Origin: an uncultured virus (IMG/VR IMGVR_UViG_3300041402_000811)
Taxonomy: Duplodnaviria > Heunggongvirae > Uroviricota > Caudoviricetes
Virus record (IMG/VR): IMGVR_UViG_3300041402_000811
Direction: 5' to 3' (one strand)
Length of the DNA stretch: 20,000 nt
Positions 7,341-17,183 of this stretch are shown here, piece by piece; position 1 is the first letter of the stretch, and every line of letters begins with the position of its first letter. The position numbers and the translations under genes were made by a program. The notes under the pieces are model-generated. The model saw only the letters and a list, made by a program, of their open reading frames with translations, was not told the origin of the DNA and made no database searches.

Positions 7341-10142
7341 ATGGCAATAAATGATCGCCAAGAACCAGGCAGTATAACTAAAACTGCTGATGCTCAAAAT
7401 GAAAGGATATCTGGAATAAGTAACGTTTCTCGAACAGTTACACAAATGCAAAAAACAACTCAACGTAAAATTGAAGAAACTCAAGAATCTATTAACTATG
7501 GAGAATCCCAGGAAGCAACATCACAACAAATGAATAGTGTTCTTTCTCGGTTTGGAAAAACAATAACAGCATTCACCAAAGGTGTAGAGAGTATATCAAT
7601 AAGTACAGCTAGAGCAACAAAAGATGCGATTGGTCAATATGGAAAAGCAATAAGTCAGGATCTTAATTATAATAAACAAAATATTGTTGCTATGGCGTTA
7701 GCAAGATCAACTCCATTATTTGGTTATTTTGCTGCTAAATTTATGGAGACAGATGTCTTTCAAAAAGCTAAAGAAAGAATGAAAGAATCCATTGCTGGTG
7801 TATTTAAAGGTATTGGATCAGGTATAGCAAATATCTTTAAGGGCGGAAAAAATGCCAAGGAAGCAGCTAAAGATAAAGTTCCAAAAATGCAGAGGGGTGG
7901 TTATGTTGAAAAAGGAGGTATGATTGAAGTTCACCCTGCTGAAGTTGTTATGCCAATTGAAAAAATTCTTGCACGTATTGATGATTCAATTTCTGTTGGA
8001 AGAGAAATAGCTGAAATTTCACAAAAGACCCAAATGCGTTCATTAGCAAAAATGTCAACATTCGTTTCAGCTGAAAGAGATAAAGAACCTGTTGGTCTAG
8101 TTAAAGGTTTCTTGAGAGCTATGAGAGAAGTTCAAACTCAATATGAAGAACCAGCTTCTATGCGTATGTTGAGAGCTGTTCTGTCAATTCAAGATACACT
8201 GGGTGCAACGATTGGAACTTGGGAACAAGTATGGACTAAAATGCTTATTGAGCATCCAACTTTTAGACAGTTAGCATTTGGAATGAAAACTGTGAGTGCC
8301 ATATTAGGTTCTCCATTTCAATTAATATCTAAAATATTCAAGAGAAGAGGGGGATATTTATCCCAATTATCAAAAAAGAAAAATCCATTTGAAAATATTG
8401 GTGAAAATCTAGGATCATTATATGTCAATACAATGCATCGTCTTGATAATATTTCTTTCTATACTAAAGCAACAGCTGTAATGATAAGAGATATAGCTGG
8501 TGTGGTTTCACAAGGAAGACTTAAATATGGTAGTTTAGAAGCTATTTCAGAAGGGACTAGAAGTCTTTTTGGTTGGGCAAGATTTGGTTTTCAAAATTTG
8601 ATCAAATATGGTCCTCGTGTTGTTGCTGCTGGTATAGAGATGCTATTAGGAACAGGAAAAGGAGCATTGTATGCAAGAGGTAAAAAGATAGGAGACTATT
8701 TAACCCAGACAGTAGAATGGGGAGAGAAAGCTAAGTTTGCATTAAAATCGAAGAGACAAAAGAAATTAGATTTTGCATTGGGCGGAGCTGGAGATTTTGC
8801 TCAAACAATTCAAGAACAACATAAGAAAAGACTTCCTCCTTTGATAACAATAAGCGCAGGAAAAGCTCAAGAAAAAGCAGCAGCAGAAGTGGAGCAAACA
8901 AGAGAAGGAATTGAGGAGATTGCTAAAGTTCAAAAGAAAAAATGGTTATGGGAAAAAATGCAAGCTGCTAAAGGCGGTATCAAAAGTGTATTCAGTTGGA
9001 TTTTTAGAATGTTAATGATGGGAGGAGGATTGATAAAAAGTCTTTTTGGTTTTGGAGCTGGTGGAGTCATGTCTGCACTTTTTTCAAAAACTGGACCAAT
9101 AGGAATGGGAGTTGCAAAACTAATGGCAGGACCGGTGATGACTGGCATTAAAGTTATTGGAGCTTATCTTGCTACTACTGCATTTTTAGGTCCAATACTA
9201 GCTCTTATTACTACTGCATTAACTGCTGTTGGAGTTGGATCGTTAATTAACAAATATCTTGTCAAACCTCTTGTGGATGCTAACTTTAAAAAACAAGATG
9301 AAGTAAATAAGAAAGGAATGAAAGATAATGCTGCTATTATGAAAAAACAGATGTCTGATGCAAGAGGAACAACTGCAACAGGAAAGGATACTTACGATGC
9401 AAAAATATCGACTGCTGCATCAGCAACTGTAAAGGGACAAGGAACTTGGTTTGGCACATCTTTATCACACGGAGCAATACGTGCAGCGCAAAATAAATTC
9501 ATTGTAGAAAATCGTGCAAAGTATAGTGAATATGATGAAGAAGAAATTATAAAGGCAAGAAATAGATGGAGACGTTCAGGAAAATATTGGTTAGAATGGA
9601 AATGGACAACAGCAAGTGGAGCAAATGCATCTCAATTTGGAGAAGAAAAAGAAGCAGCGTTTTTAAAATATTTACAAAATGTGGGAACTAAAAATAAAGA
9701 TTTGGCAGGATCAATAAAAGCACATGAAAAACAAATAATGCAATCGAGATCTATTGGTGGTAAAGCTGAATATTTTGGAAGAAAACATGCACCTAAAGCT
9801 ACAAGCTGGATTATTGATAAAGGAAAATATGCAATAGATAAAGCAGGTCAATTGATAGAAAAAGTAACTGGTAGAGTTATTCAAGGAAAAGAATTAGCAG
9901 AGATGCAAGCACAAGAATTATTAACATCTGGAAAATTAGTAGGTCAAGAAATAAAGAAAAGAGGATTAGAACAAGTAGAAGGATTGAAAGGTCTTGGAGA
10001 TCAACTTCAACAAAATATAAATCAAGTAAGAAATGACATTAACCAACAAGTAAGTAATGTAACAAGAATCTTTAATTCAGGCAATCAAGGATCTATGATG
10101 GATGAAATGGCCCAAAGAGTTGCTACAGGTAATTTTCATTAA
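7341..10142 (+). CDS. Tape-measure-like protein
   Basis: 933 aa, Ala/Gly/Lys-rich and helical, with a hydrophobic stretch (FLGPILALITTALTAVGVG) and the MQRGGYVEKGGMIEVHPAEVVMP motif common in tape-measure proteins. SD AAGGAG. Confidence 0.7.
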   Translation: MAINDRQEPGSITKTADAQNERISGISNVSRTVTQMQKTTQRKIEETQESINYGESQEATSQQMNSVLSRFGKTITAFTKGVESISISTARATKDAIGQYGKAISQDLNYNKQNIVAMALARSTPLFGYFAAKFMETDVFQKAKERMKESIAGVFKGIGSGIANIFKGGKNAKEAAKDKVPKMQRGGYVEKGGMIEVHPAEVVMPIEKILARIDDSISVGREIAEISQKTQMRSLAKMSTFVSAERDKEPVGLVKGFLRAMREVQTQYEEPASMRMLRAVLSIQDTLGATIGTWEQVWTKMLIEHPTFRQLAFGMKTVSAILGSPFQLISKIFKRRGGYLSQLSKKKNPFENIGENLGSLYVNTMHRLDNISFYTKATAVMIRDIAGVVSQGRLKYGSLEAISEGTRSLFGWARFGFQNLIKYGPRVVAAGIEMLLGTGKGALYARGKKIGDYLTQTVEWGEKAKFALKSKRQKKLDFALGGAGDFAQTIQEQHKKRLPPLITISAGKAQEKAAAEVEQTREGIEEIAKVQKKKWLWEKMQAAKGGIKSVFSWIFRMLMMGGGLIKSLFGFGAGGVMSALFSKTGPIGMGVAKLMAGPVMTGIKVIGAYLATTAFLGPILALITTALTAVGVGSLINKYLVKPLVDANFKKQDEVNKKGMKDNAAIMKKQMSDARGTTATGKDTYDAKISTAASATVKGQGTWFGTSLSHGAIRAAQNKFIVENRAKYSEYDEEEIIKARNRWRRSGKYWLEWKWTTASGANASQFGEEKEAAFLKYLQNVGTKNKDLAGSIKAHEKQIMQSRSIGGKAEYFGRKHAPKATSWIIDKGKYAIDKAGQLIEKVTGRVIQGKELAEMQAQELLTSGKLVGQEIKKRGLEQVEGLKGLGDQLQQNINQVRNDINQQVSNVTRIFNSGNQGSMMDEMAQRVATGNFH

Positions 10143-10155
10143 GGAGGAGAAATAG

Positions 10156-11442
10156 ATGGCGCACTATGGTGATTTGACGAAAATAGATTTTATTATTGGT
10201 ATGCCCCCAATTACAACATCCACGGGGGATCCAATACACACTCAAAGATCTGCTGAATTATTAAGAAATGCAATGCCCACAGCAACTATTTATCCAGGTA
10301 TTCCATCGTTTGAATCTGGTATAGATCTATTTACAAGAATACCTGTTTTTGATACTAAAGGTTTTCATCCTGATGCTAAAAAAGTTAATACTACCTATTA
10401 TCTACCACTGTTACAAGAACATGGTTATACATTAGATACTGAAATACATAATAATGGAGTTAAACTTGCATACTTAGCAGATAACTTTCCAACAGATACA
10501 TTTACTAATGAATATGGAGAAAATTTCTTACAAAAATTTACAGATGTAGCTTCAGAAGGTGCAGCATCATTAGCACAAATGTTTGGAGCTAGAAATGTAA
10601 CAGATTTAGCTTCTAGAGCGACAACAGTTGCACAAAAGCAAGGGGGTGCCATTGGTACAGTTGGAGATATGGCACGTAGAGCAGGAGATTATATTAATAA
10701 ACTTGGTGGAATGTTTTCTGAATATAGTTCAGCAGGAGCTAGAATGGGAAAAATGATTGGTTCACTTGCTGCTGGTTCAAGAATTGATTTCCCAATGGTT
10801 TGGAAATCAAGCTCATTTCAACCATCATATACAATGACAGTTAGATTATATAATCCAGATCCTACCAGCAAATCAATGACAAAGAAATATATTATAGGAC
10901 CTATTGCAGCAATAATGTTATTGGGAATTCCAATATCAGAAGATGGAAGTACATACAGTTGGCCATATCTTCATAGAGTTGATTCTCCTGGTATATATGA
11001 ATTAGATCCTGCTTATATTCAAAATATCACAATTATAAAAGGTGGGGATCAACAACAGATTGCTTATAATCAAAGATTGGGAATAGTTGATGTTAGAATT
11101 GATTTTGGAAGTTTATTTAGTAGTATGCTCGCATCTAATAAAAGGACAACAAAAACAAGACCAACTTTAAGAAAATATTTAAGATCCATGGAAAATCATA
11201 CAAATGCATGGACTACTACAGGTGGAAGTCTTAAAAATAAAGCAGCTGTATCACAACAAAAACCAGTAGAACCAGTGATTAAAGGACCTGGAAGAAATCA
11301 AGCAGCATTTACTCAATCAGTTTCTATACTTGATGCTGCATCACCAGAGGAACCACCTGATAGAGTTACTCAGGCAGTCAAGGATATTGGAAACGCAATT
11401 ATAGATCAAATTCCGAAAGGAATTAAAATCAGTACCTCTTAA
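10156..11442 (+). CDS. Probable baseplate / tail-tube initiator protein (T4 gp48/gp54-like)
   Basis: Directly follows the tape-measure gene. Tube-fold-like segments PSYTMTVRLYNP, AYIQNITIIKGG and VDVRIDF. SD AGGAGG. Confidence 0.45.
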   Translation: MAHYGDLTKIDFIIGMPPITTSTGDPIHTQRSAELLRNAMPTATIYPGIPSFESGIDLFTRIPVFDTKGFHPDAKKVNTTYYLPLLQEHGYTLDTEIHNNGVKLAYLADNFPTDTFTNEYGENFLQKFTDVASEGAASLAQMFGARNVTDLASRATTVAQKQGGAIGTVGDMARRAGDYINKLGGMFSEYSSAGARMGKMIGSLAAGSRIDFPMVWKSSSFQPSYTMTVRLYNPDPTSKSMTKKYIIGPIAAIMLLGIPISEDGSTYSWPYLHRVDSPGIYELDPAYIQNITIIKGGDQQQIAYNQRLGIVDVRIDFGSLFSSMLASNKRTTKTRPTLRKYLRSMENHTNAWTTTGGSLKNKAAVSQQKPVEPVIKGPGRNQAAFTQSVSILDAASPEEPPDRVTQAVKDIGNAIIDQIPKGIKISTS

Positions 11443-12551
11443 CACATAGTACTTCTAAATAATAACGTTAAATATGAGGCAAGAAATAAATTAACAATGA
11501 ATTGAGTTTGCGAGGTATACTTATTATACTGATCTGTTATTTTTAAATTATCTAAAACAACAAGTAATAAAACATTAACTTGCTGTTTGAAATAGACCGG
11601 AGCATTACTTCTTTTAACTGCCATTAAACTTCTCAAATATTTTTCATATCCACTTCCACATATTTGATTTGTGCTTCTTAATTCCTTCATGTATAAACCT
11701 AAAATCATTCTTACCTTATCAGAATACTCCACTTGTATCATTTCAGCAGCAATTAGTTCAGCAATAGAAGCTTTTACTTTACTTATTTTTTTAGCTTCAA
11801 GCAATGCCTTCTTATCAACTATTTTATATATAGTTAACTTTCTGATTGTCTCATCAACTTTCGCTTTTCCTCTTTCAAGAGTTCTATATTGATACGCATT
11901 AGCTTCATCATCGGGTGTATCAGTCTGTGTTTTAATTGCTTCACCCTTTTCTTTTGCTTTATAATAATTCTCAACAAAACTCTTCACACTCTGTGAGATT
12001 CTATGTCTTGATGCTCCAATAAATTCAATGATTCTATCTAAATCCCAATCCCTAATATATCTCTCATATTTTTTCTTTAACTCAGTTGATAGATAGTATA
12101 AACTATTTGCTATAGTTTTTTCACGAACAAAAAGATGCGTTTTAGTTAACATATCAATTGTATATCTAAATATATCATCATTGCAGTATCTTAACTGTTT
12201 ATGCATTAAACGACCATATTGAAAAAACATATAATAAGCAAGAGTTGTTTTGAAGGCAGCAACATCTCTATGTAAAAGAAATAAATGCATAACAACAACT
12301 AAAAGATTCGTTGCAGGATCCTTCCATAATAACCAGGTTTCAGCTTTAGTTCCTTTATATTGTCTCTTGACAAATGCTTTAACTTCTTTATCCGTAAGTT
12401 TCATTGCTCTTAATATTTCATGATACGCTAACTTTGTTTTTGGATAATAACATGGTTCAGATAAAGCATCGAACTCTCTTGCTGCAAATCTGGTAATTGT
12501 TTTTTTGAGAAGTCTAATATCATATTGAGATTTTTCTATTAATTCTTTCAT
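11439..12551 (-). CDS. Hypothetical basic, mostly alpha-helical protein
   Basis: 370-aa ORF coupled to the upstream wedge gene by a TAATG overlap at 12551. No motif recognised with confidence. Confidence 0.75.
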   Translation of the reverse strand: MKELIEKSQYDIRLLKKTITRFAAREFDALSEPCYYPKTKLAYHEILRAMKLTDKEVKAFVKRQYKGTKAETWLLWKDPATNLLVVVMHLFLLHRDVAAFKTTLAYYMFFQYGRLMHKQLRYCNDDIFRYTIDMLTKTHLFVREKTIANSLYYLSTELKKKYERYIRDWDLDRIIEFIGASRHRISQSVKSFVENYYKAKEKGEAIKTQTDTPDDEANAYQYRTLERGKAKVDETIRKLTIYKIVDKKALLEAKKISKVKASIAELIAAEMIQVEYSDKVRMILGLYMKELRSTNQICGSGYEKYLRSLMAVKRSNAPVYFKQQVNVLLLVVLDNLKITDQYNKYTSQTQFIVNLFLASYLTLLFRSTMC

Positions 12552-15031
12552 TATGAGAATATCCTAATTGCTATGTCATCTTCTTCAAAGAAGATATATT
12601 CTGGACCATATGATAATAATTCTTCCTGAGTCAATGCATCTAAATCAAAATTAAAAAAGATACTAGATTCAGGTTTAATTAATCGACAATGTTCAACACC
12701 TTCTACTCCTTGAACTACATCAATAATTTCGGATCTATATAAGTATGAGTTAATACCAAATCTGTTCGTAAATGCTGCAACAACTGCTGTTCTAACTTCA
12801 CTTATTAAATTAGAATTTGATCCCGTATAAGTTGAAGTTTTGAAAACATCTAATTCAAGTTGTAATGGAATTTCATATTGCGGTATTACCCATCCAGCTT
12901 GACAGTAAATATATTTCTTTGCTTCATCAGTTACATAAACAATCTGTTCTGTTTTTGGTATATAATACGCCCAAACCATTGATGTTGAATCACTAAGTTG
13001 TGCAATTTGATCATCTTTTCCTATCCATTCTCCTGTACCATTTAAAATAATATATCTATCTCCTTCAATTCCGGATACTGGAGGAATAGATAAAATATCA
13101 TTAACTGCAGGTAGATCAACTTTATTCAATTGCATGTTCTGCATTAAACCATAAGTATTTGCAAGTTTGAAATTAACAAAATCAGTTGTCATTTTATAAT
13201 CTTTAAAATCTAATGTGGTTACTAATTTTTGCATTACATTAGATTCAAAATCTGCTTGATCTATTCCATCATAATAACTTGCTTTAATCGCAGGAATATC
13301 ATAAACAGTATTTGATGCCCCATCAACAATTACATTTGATAACTCAAAATCATCAAGAGATTTTCTAAATGTAAATAATGCAGTATATTGAGCAATTAAA
13401 TCAACACCGTGTTTTAGAGTAAAATAATAAGTTGCTTCTCCAGTTGGTAAAACAGTATAATCTGCAAGTGTTAATAAAAAAGCAGAAGTTGAATCATTGG
13501 TCATAGTATAAGTTGAACCAGTTTCTAATACCTCAACTTCACAAGTAACAGTATCTGCATCAGTTTCTGTTGTTTTATAATCTAATTGAAAATCTGCTCC
13601 AACTCCATTTTTAGAAACAGTTAATAAATCACAATATAGATCATATTCAGAATCATAACTTGTAACTAAAGTTGGTACTTGTTTTATTTCATACATCACA
13701 TATGTATAAGTAGCTACAGAATTTAACAGTTCAATTTCCATATCAAATATTGTATAGTAATCTGTTCCTTCATATGTTAAAGTTGTACCTCTTGGAATGG
13801 TTGTATATGCAAAAACATATTTAATATTTCTTGCTGGAACAATTACAGTTGAATATAACAGAGTAGAAAATAAACTTATTTCATTAACTTTAATATCAGA
13901 TCGTTTTAAAACAGGTAATGAGTTTTGTGAAATGGGAGAATCATCAATAATAACATTTGAATTGACATAATCATTTTCAGTAACAAGTCTTTCTAAAGCT
14001 GTTATATTTGTAATAGCATTTCTTCGAACTTCTTCAATTGATTCTTCATCCACACCGCCTGTTCCAGGAGCTGGATTAGTAACTGTATAATTAACAGCTT
14101 TACCTTCATCATCGCTAATTCTAGTTTTAATATCAGTTGTTTTTCCTGTTATAGATCCAGCAATAATATTTCCATCTGCACCCTTTGTTAATTCTGTTGT
14201 AACTTGTACTGTTGCTCCAGGTTCAGGTTGATAACCAATTAGTCCATTACCAAATTGAAGACTGAATCCTGTATCATTTCTCTTCTTAACATATCCCTTT
14301 GTATTCTTATCCATTAAAAATAAACTACTATACTCTGTATATGTTTCATATCCAGAAGAACCAGGAGGACGAACCTCAACTATTACATCAGATATTTTTT
14401 TAGTTATATCAGTAAAAGTTACATCGAAATCAAAAAATTGATATGTTTGTAAATCTCCAGGAACTTGAAATTCTTGAATATCAGTTTCAAATTGTTTGAA
14501 AGGTAAAACTACAGAAAAATATCTCTTTCCATCATCTGTAGTTGATACAGTATAGGGCATATTATAAACTTTATTATCTTCTCTAATAGTTATTGTTACA
14601 TTTGAATTATCTACAACATTAACTGTAGTTGAATAATAAGTATTAAATGCTATTGCACCAGCTGATAGTTCAAATCCCTCCTCTATCTCAAATGTTACAT
14701 CATTATCTTCAAACTCTAATTCAAACGAAAATAAAACATTTACATATGCAGTTGATGCTTCAGAAGGAGTATACCCTAAAAATGATGCTAAATTATAAAT
14801 TGATGATGATAATTGAGCTTTGGTTAAAAAGAATTCTCTATAAGAAGATATTTGATAAAATAAGGTATTGGTTGTCAGCATAGATAACGCTTCAACAACG
14901 AAAGCAAGAAATGAAGACTTAGTCAAATCAACCTCATTTAGTTCGAGATATTGTGCCAAAAGCTCTATGATTTTAAGAGTTGTTTGATCTTTAGATTTAT
15001 AAACTTGATACGATGTTGTATTATCTACCAT
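12551..15031 (-). CDS. Baseplate wedge protein (T4 gp6 / baseplate J-like)
   Basis: REFFLTKAQLSSSIYNLASFLGY, LQFGNGLIGYQP, GGVDEESIEEVRRNA and RLVTENDY are characteristic gp6-type segments. Confidence 0.85.
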   Translation of the reverse strand: MVDNTTSYQVYKSKDQTTLKIIELLAQYLELNEVDLTKSSFLAFVVEALSMLTTNTLFYQISSYREFFLTKAQLSSSIYNLASFLGYTPSEASTAYVNVLFSFELEFEDNDVTFEIEEGFELSAGAIAFNTYYSTTVNVVDNSNVTITIREDNKVYNMPYTVSTTDDGKRYFSVVLPFKQFETDIQEFQVPGDLQTYQFFDFDVTFTDITKKISDVIVEVRPPGSSGYETYTEYSSLFLMDKNTKGYVKKRNDTGFSLQFGNGLIGYQPEPGATVQVTTELTKGADGNIIAGSITGKTTDIKTRISDDEGKAVNYTVTNPAPGTGGVDEESIEEVRRNAITNITALERLVTENDYVNSNVIIDDSPISQNSLPVLKRSDIKVNEISLFSTLLYSTVIVPARNIKYVFAYTTIPRGTTLTYEGTDYYTIFDMEIELLNSVATYTYVMYEIKQVPTLVTSYDSEYDLYCDLLTVSKNGVGADFQLDYKTTETDADTVTCEVEVLETGSTYTMTNDSTSAFLLTLADYTVLPTGEATYYFTLKHGVDLIAQYTALFTFRKSLDDFELSNVIVDGASNTVYDIPAIKASYYDGIDQADFESNVMQKLVTTLDFKDYKMTTDFVNFKLANTYGLMQNMQLNKVDLPAVNDILSIPPVSGIEGDRYIILNGTGEWIGKDDQIAQLSDSTSMVWAYYIPKTEQIVYVTDEAKKYIYCQAGWVIPQYEIPLQLELDVFKTSTYTGSNSNLISEVRTAVVAAFTNRFGINSYLYRSEIIDVVQGVEGVEHCRLIKPESSIFFNFDLDALTQEELLSYGPEYIFFEEDDIAIRIFS

Positions 15032-15042
15032 AAGTCATTTCC

Positions 15043-15687
15043 TTATATAAAATAAAAACCACTATTATTATCAAATAATGTTTTTGTAGTTTCTCTTAAA
15101 CTTTCATTTTTTGATAAAAGTCTTGTCATAAAAGAAGCGTCATCAACAGTATGAATTTTTTTATCATAATCATAAAATGTGTATGTTTCTTGTACCTGTT
15201 GATTTAGTTGAGTTTCTGTTACGCTTTGTTCCAAACTTACAATAATTTTCCAAAATACTCTATCAGCATTTACAGATTTTTCTACTCCACCAATATTGAA
15301 TAAAGGATATACATTATTGGTAGGTCTTAAATAATCCTGCTCTAATTTAAGTTTATCATTGGGTAAAGGAGTTATTCCATATGTACTGGGAATAACAAAT
15401 GTACTATTATTCTCTTTAATATAACCAATATCTTGACCATCTAGAGGTGTGTTGATCTCATCAATATAATAGACTGGAAGTAGTAAAACTTTATTCCATC
15501 TTACTCCAGAGTATTCACCAACTCTATCATAAGAACCAGCAAAAACATTTTCATCTTCCCAAATAGTTTCATTTGTATCAATATGATAATATGTAGTTAA
15601 AAACGCAACAACATGCTTACTATAATAATCATATATTAAATTTTGATACTCATGAATGTAGTCATATATTCTTTCATATTTTTGCAT
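15043..15687 (-). CDS. Hypothetical virion-associated protein
   Basis: 214-aa ORF between the gp25-like and gp6-like genes, with a TAATG overlap at 15687. Function inferred from context only. Confidence 0.6.
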   Translation of the reverse strand: MQKYERIYDYIHEYQNLIYDYYSKHVVAFLTTYYHIDTNETIWEDENVFAGSYDRVGEYSGVRWNKVLLLPVYYIDEINTPLDGQDIGYIKENNSTFVIPSTYGITPLPNDKLKLEQDYLRPTNNVYPLFNIGGVEKSVNADRVFWKIIVSLEQSVTETQLNQQVQETYTFYDYDKKIHTVDDASFMTRLLSKNESLRETTKTLFDNNSGFYFI

Positions 15688-16127
15688 TATGTTTGTCCCT
15701 GTGCTGCTGAACCAGCTAATGTAGAACCATCAAATCGTACAGATAAAGTTCCCCGATCTCCATCATAGTCAATAATAATATCAATTTCAAAACCTTTTTT
15801 GTTAGAGATTAATCGAACTTCTACATCTTCAATACTTGCTCTATTGTCATATTTTTGTATTCTATATTCAATTTCAGTTTTTATTTCTTCTATAGTTTGA
15901 TCATTAACAGGTTGAAATATCATTAAATGTAAATCGCTTCCATATTCAGGATCATGCATATGAGTTCTTCTAGGAGTAATTAAAATATTATTCCACGACG
16001 AAATAATCACATCTAAATTACTTATTTTTTGAAAATCTCCTGCTGATGTTATCTTAGGGAGAAAGTCATGTAGTTTACCTTCGGAACCAGTAACTTCCTG
16101 TTTAAATCTATCTAATAAATTTGACAT
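15687..16127 (-). CDS. Baseplate wedge / sheath initiator (T4 gp25 / GPW-like)
   Basis: NNILITPRRTHMHDPEYGSDL...IQKYDNRASIEDVEV matches the gp25 pattern (NILxTxxGER...PxFG...IxxYEPR). Confidence 0.85.
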   Translation of the reverse strand: MSNLLDRFKQEVTGSEGKLHDFLPKITSAGDFQKISNLDVIISSWNNILITPRRTHMHDPEYGSDLHLMIFQPVNDQTIEEIKTEIEYRIQKYDNRASIEDVEVRLISNKKGFEIDIIIDYDGDRGTLSVRFDGSTLAGSAAQGQT

Positions 16128-16358
16128 TTAACCGCCTTTGAGTCCGCTAATGATTTCTTCTGCAACCATTTTTTTCTTCTCATCTTCTAAATCACTTTTC
16201 CATTTTAAATAAGCGTAAAATCTCTGAATAGGCATTCTAATGATGTCATTGTATGATTGCTTGCTCATTTCCATACATGAGAAAATATTTTTTTCAAGTT
16301 GGGATCTGTACTCGTTAATTTCTTCAGAACGAGTACACCATACGAAAAAAATTGCCCA
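16128..16358 (-). CDS. Unannotated gp51-like / tail chaperone 'T'-like ORF, probably expressed by frameshift
   Basis: Absent from the ORF track. Open frame reads WAIFFVWCTRSEEINEYRSQLEKNIFSCMEMSKQSYNDIIRMPIQRFYAYLKWKSDLEDEKKKMVAEEIISGLKGG* and its stop abuts the gp25 ATG. The first ATG (16274) gives 48 aa with no SD. Confidence 0.7.
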   Translation of the reverse strand, partial: WAIFFVWCTRSEEINEYRSQLEKNIFSCMEMSKQSYNDIIRMPIQRFYAYLKWKSDLEDEKKKMVAEEIISGLKGG

Positions 16359-17106
16359 CTAAATCAATATCTATTACTTCCTCAAAACCACAGTGTTGAC
16401 AGGTACTCAACATCTTTAATTCAATACCATACTTTCCAAAAGTGTCTTTATATTTTCCATAGAGAAATCTTTTATCTTTAGAAGGAAGACTTCTATAAGC
16501 ATCAATTATATCTTCTCTTTCAGAATAGACAATACTATCCCCACCCTTTTCTGGATTTTGATAAAACTTTTGAATGATTAAAGTCTCTGTAAATATATCT
16601 AAATTAGCACTTCCTCTTTGACTTTTTAAAGAAATAACCTCATCCCATAGAGTAGGTTGTTTCAACGTAACAAATACAGTTTTAGAAACAGGTAATTCAA
16701 TATCAAATTCCTTACTAATAATATCTCCATTTGGATAAGATTCCATGCTGAATGTTTCTGAAGCTTTAACTGTTACAGGATATCCTTTATCACAAGAACT
16801 GCATGTAACATCATAGTTTCTAATATCCTCATAAGTAATATGATATAAACCATATAGTAAAGCATCTCTATCTTTTAAAGTAGTCTGTTTCAACCAGGTA
16901 TCATAACTTTTAATAGCATCTGGTTTTTTGACAAACGCATCATAAATACACTTATTCAAATGATCATTTGCTTTAGTTGGAGTTAAGAAACTAGCTTTGA
17001 GACGTTCTTCTTCTTGAACATTTAATGATCTAACGTGATACGATAAATTTGTTTGTGGGGTTATTACTTCATATTCTGGATACTTAATATCAAATCCTTT
17101 AAACAT
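16324..17106 (-). CDS. Baseplate hub / tail assembly chaperone (T4 gp26-like)
   Basis: YPEYEVITP...VRSLNVQEE, DRDALLYGLYHITY, two CxxC pairs (CSSC, CQHC) and a near-terminal NFF. Start moved to ATG 17106 (SD AAGGAG at 17120-17115), giving 260 aa. Confidence 0.75.
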   Translation of the reverse strand: MFKGFDIKYPEYEVITPQTNLSYHVRSLNVQEEERLKASFLTPTKANDHLNKCIYDAFVKKPDAIKSYDTWLKQTTLKDRDALLYGLYHITYEDIRNYDVTCSSCDKGYPVTVKASETFSMESYPNGDIISKEFDIELPVSKTVFVTLKQPTLWDEVISLKSQRGSANLDIFTETLIIQKFYQNPEKGGDSIVYSEREDIIDAYRSLPSKDKRFLYGKYKDTFGKYGIELKMLSTCQHCGFEEVIDIDLVGNFFRMVYSF

Positions 17107-17144
17107 AACTCTATCTCCTTTCAATTCTCATTTATTAAAATTTT

Positions 17145-17183
17145 TACTACTTCCTGAAAATATCTCTATAACAGGAAGTAGTA
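17145..17183 (-). promoter_or_regulatory. Perfect 12-bp intergenic inverted repeat downstream of the tail tube gene
   Basis: TACTACTTCCTG (17145-17156) and CAGGAAGTAGTA (17172-17183) with a 15-nt loop. Confidence 0.6.

Noticed and set aside
15221..15237. Partial motif match TTTGGAACAAAGCG on the minus strand
   Set aside because: It lies inside a coding region and lacks the T(A/G)TAAA half, so it is likely chance.
16264..16351. Canonical -1 frameshift at the T7 run
   Set aside because: The -1 frame reads SYGVLVLKKLTSTDPNLKKIFSHVWK and stops. The gp51-like sequence is in the +1 frame.
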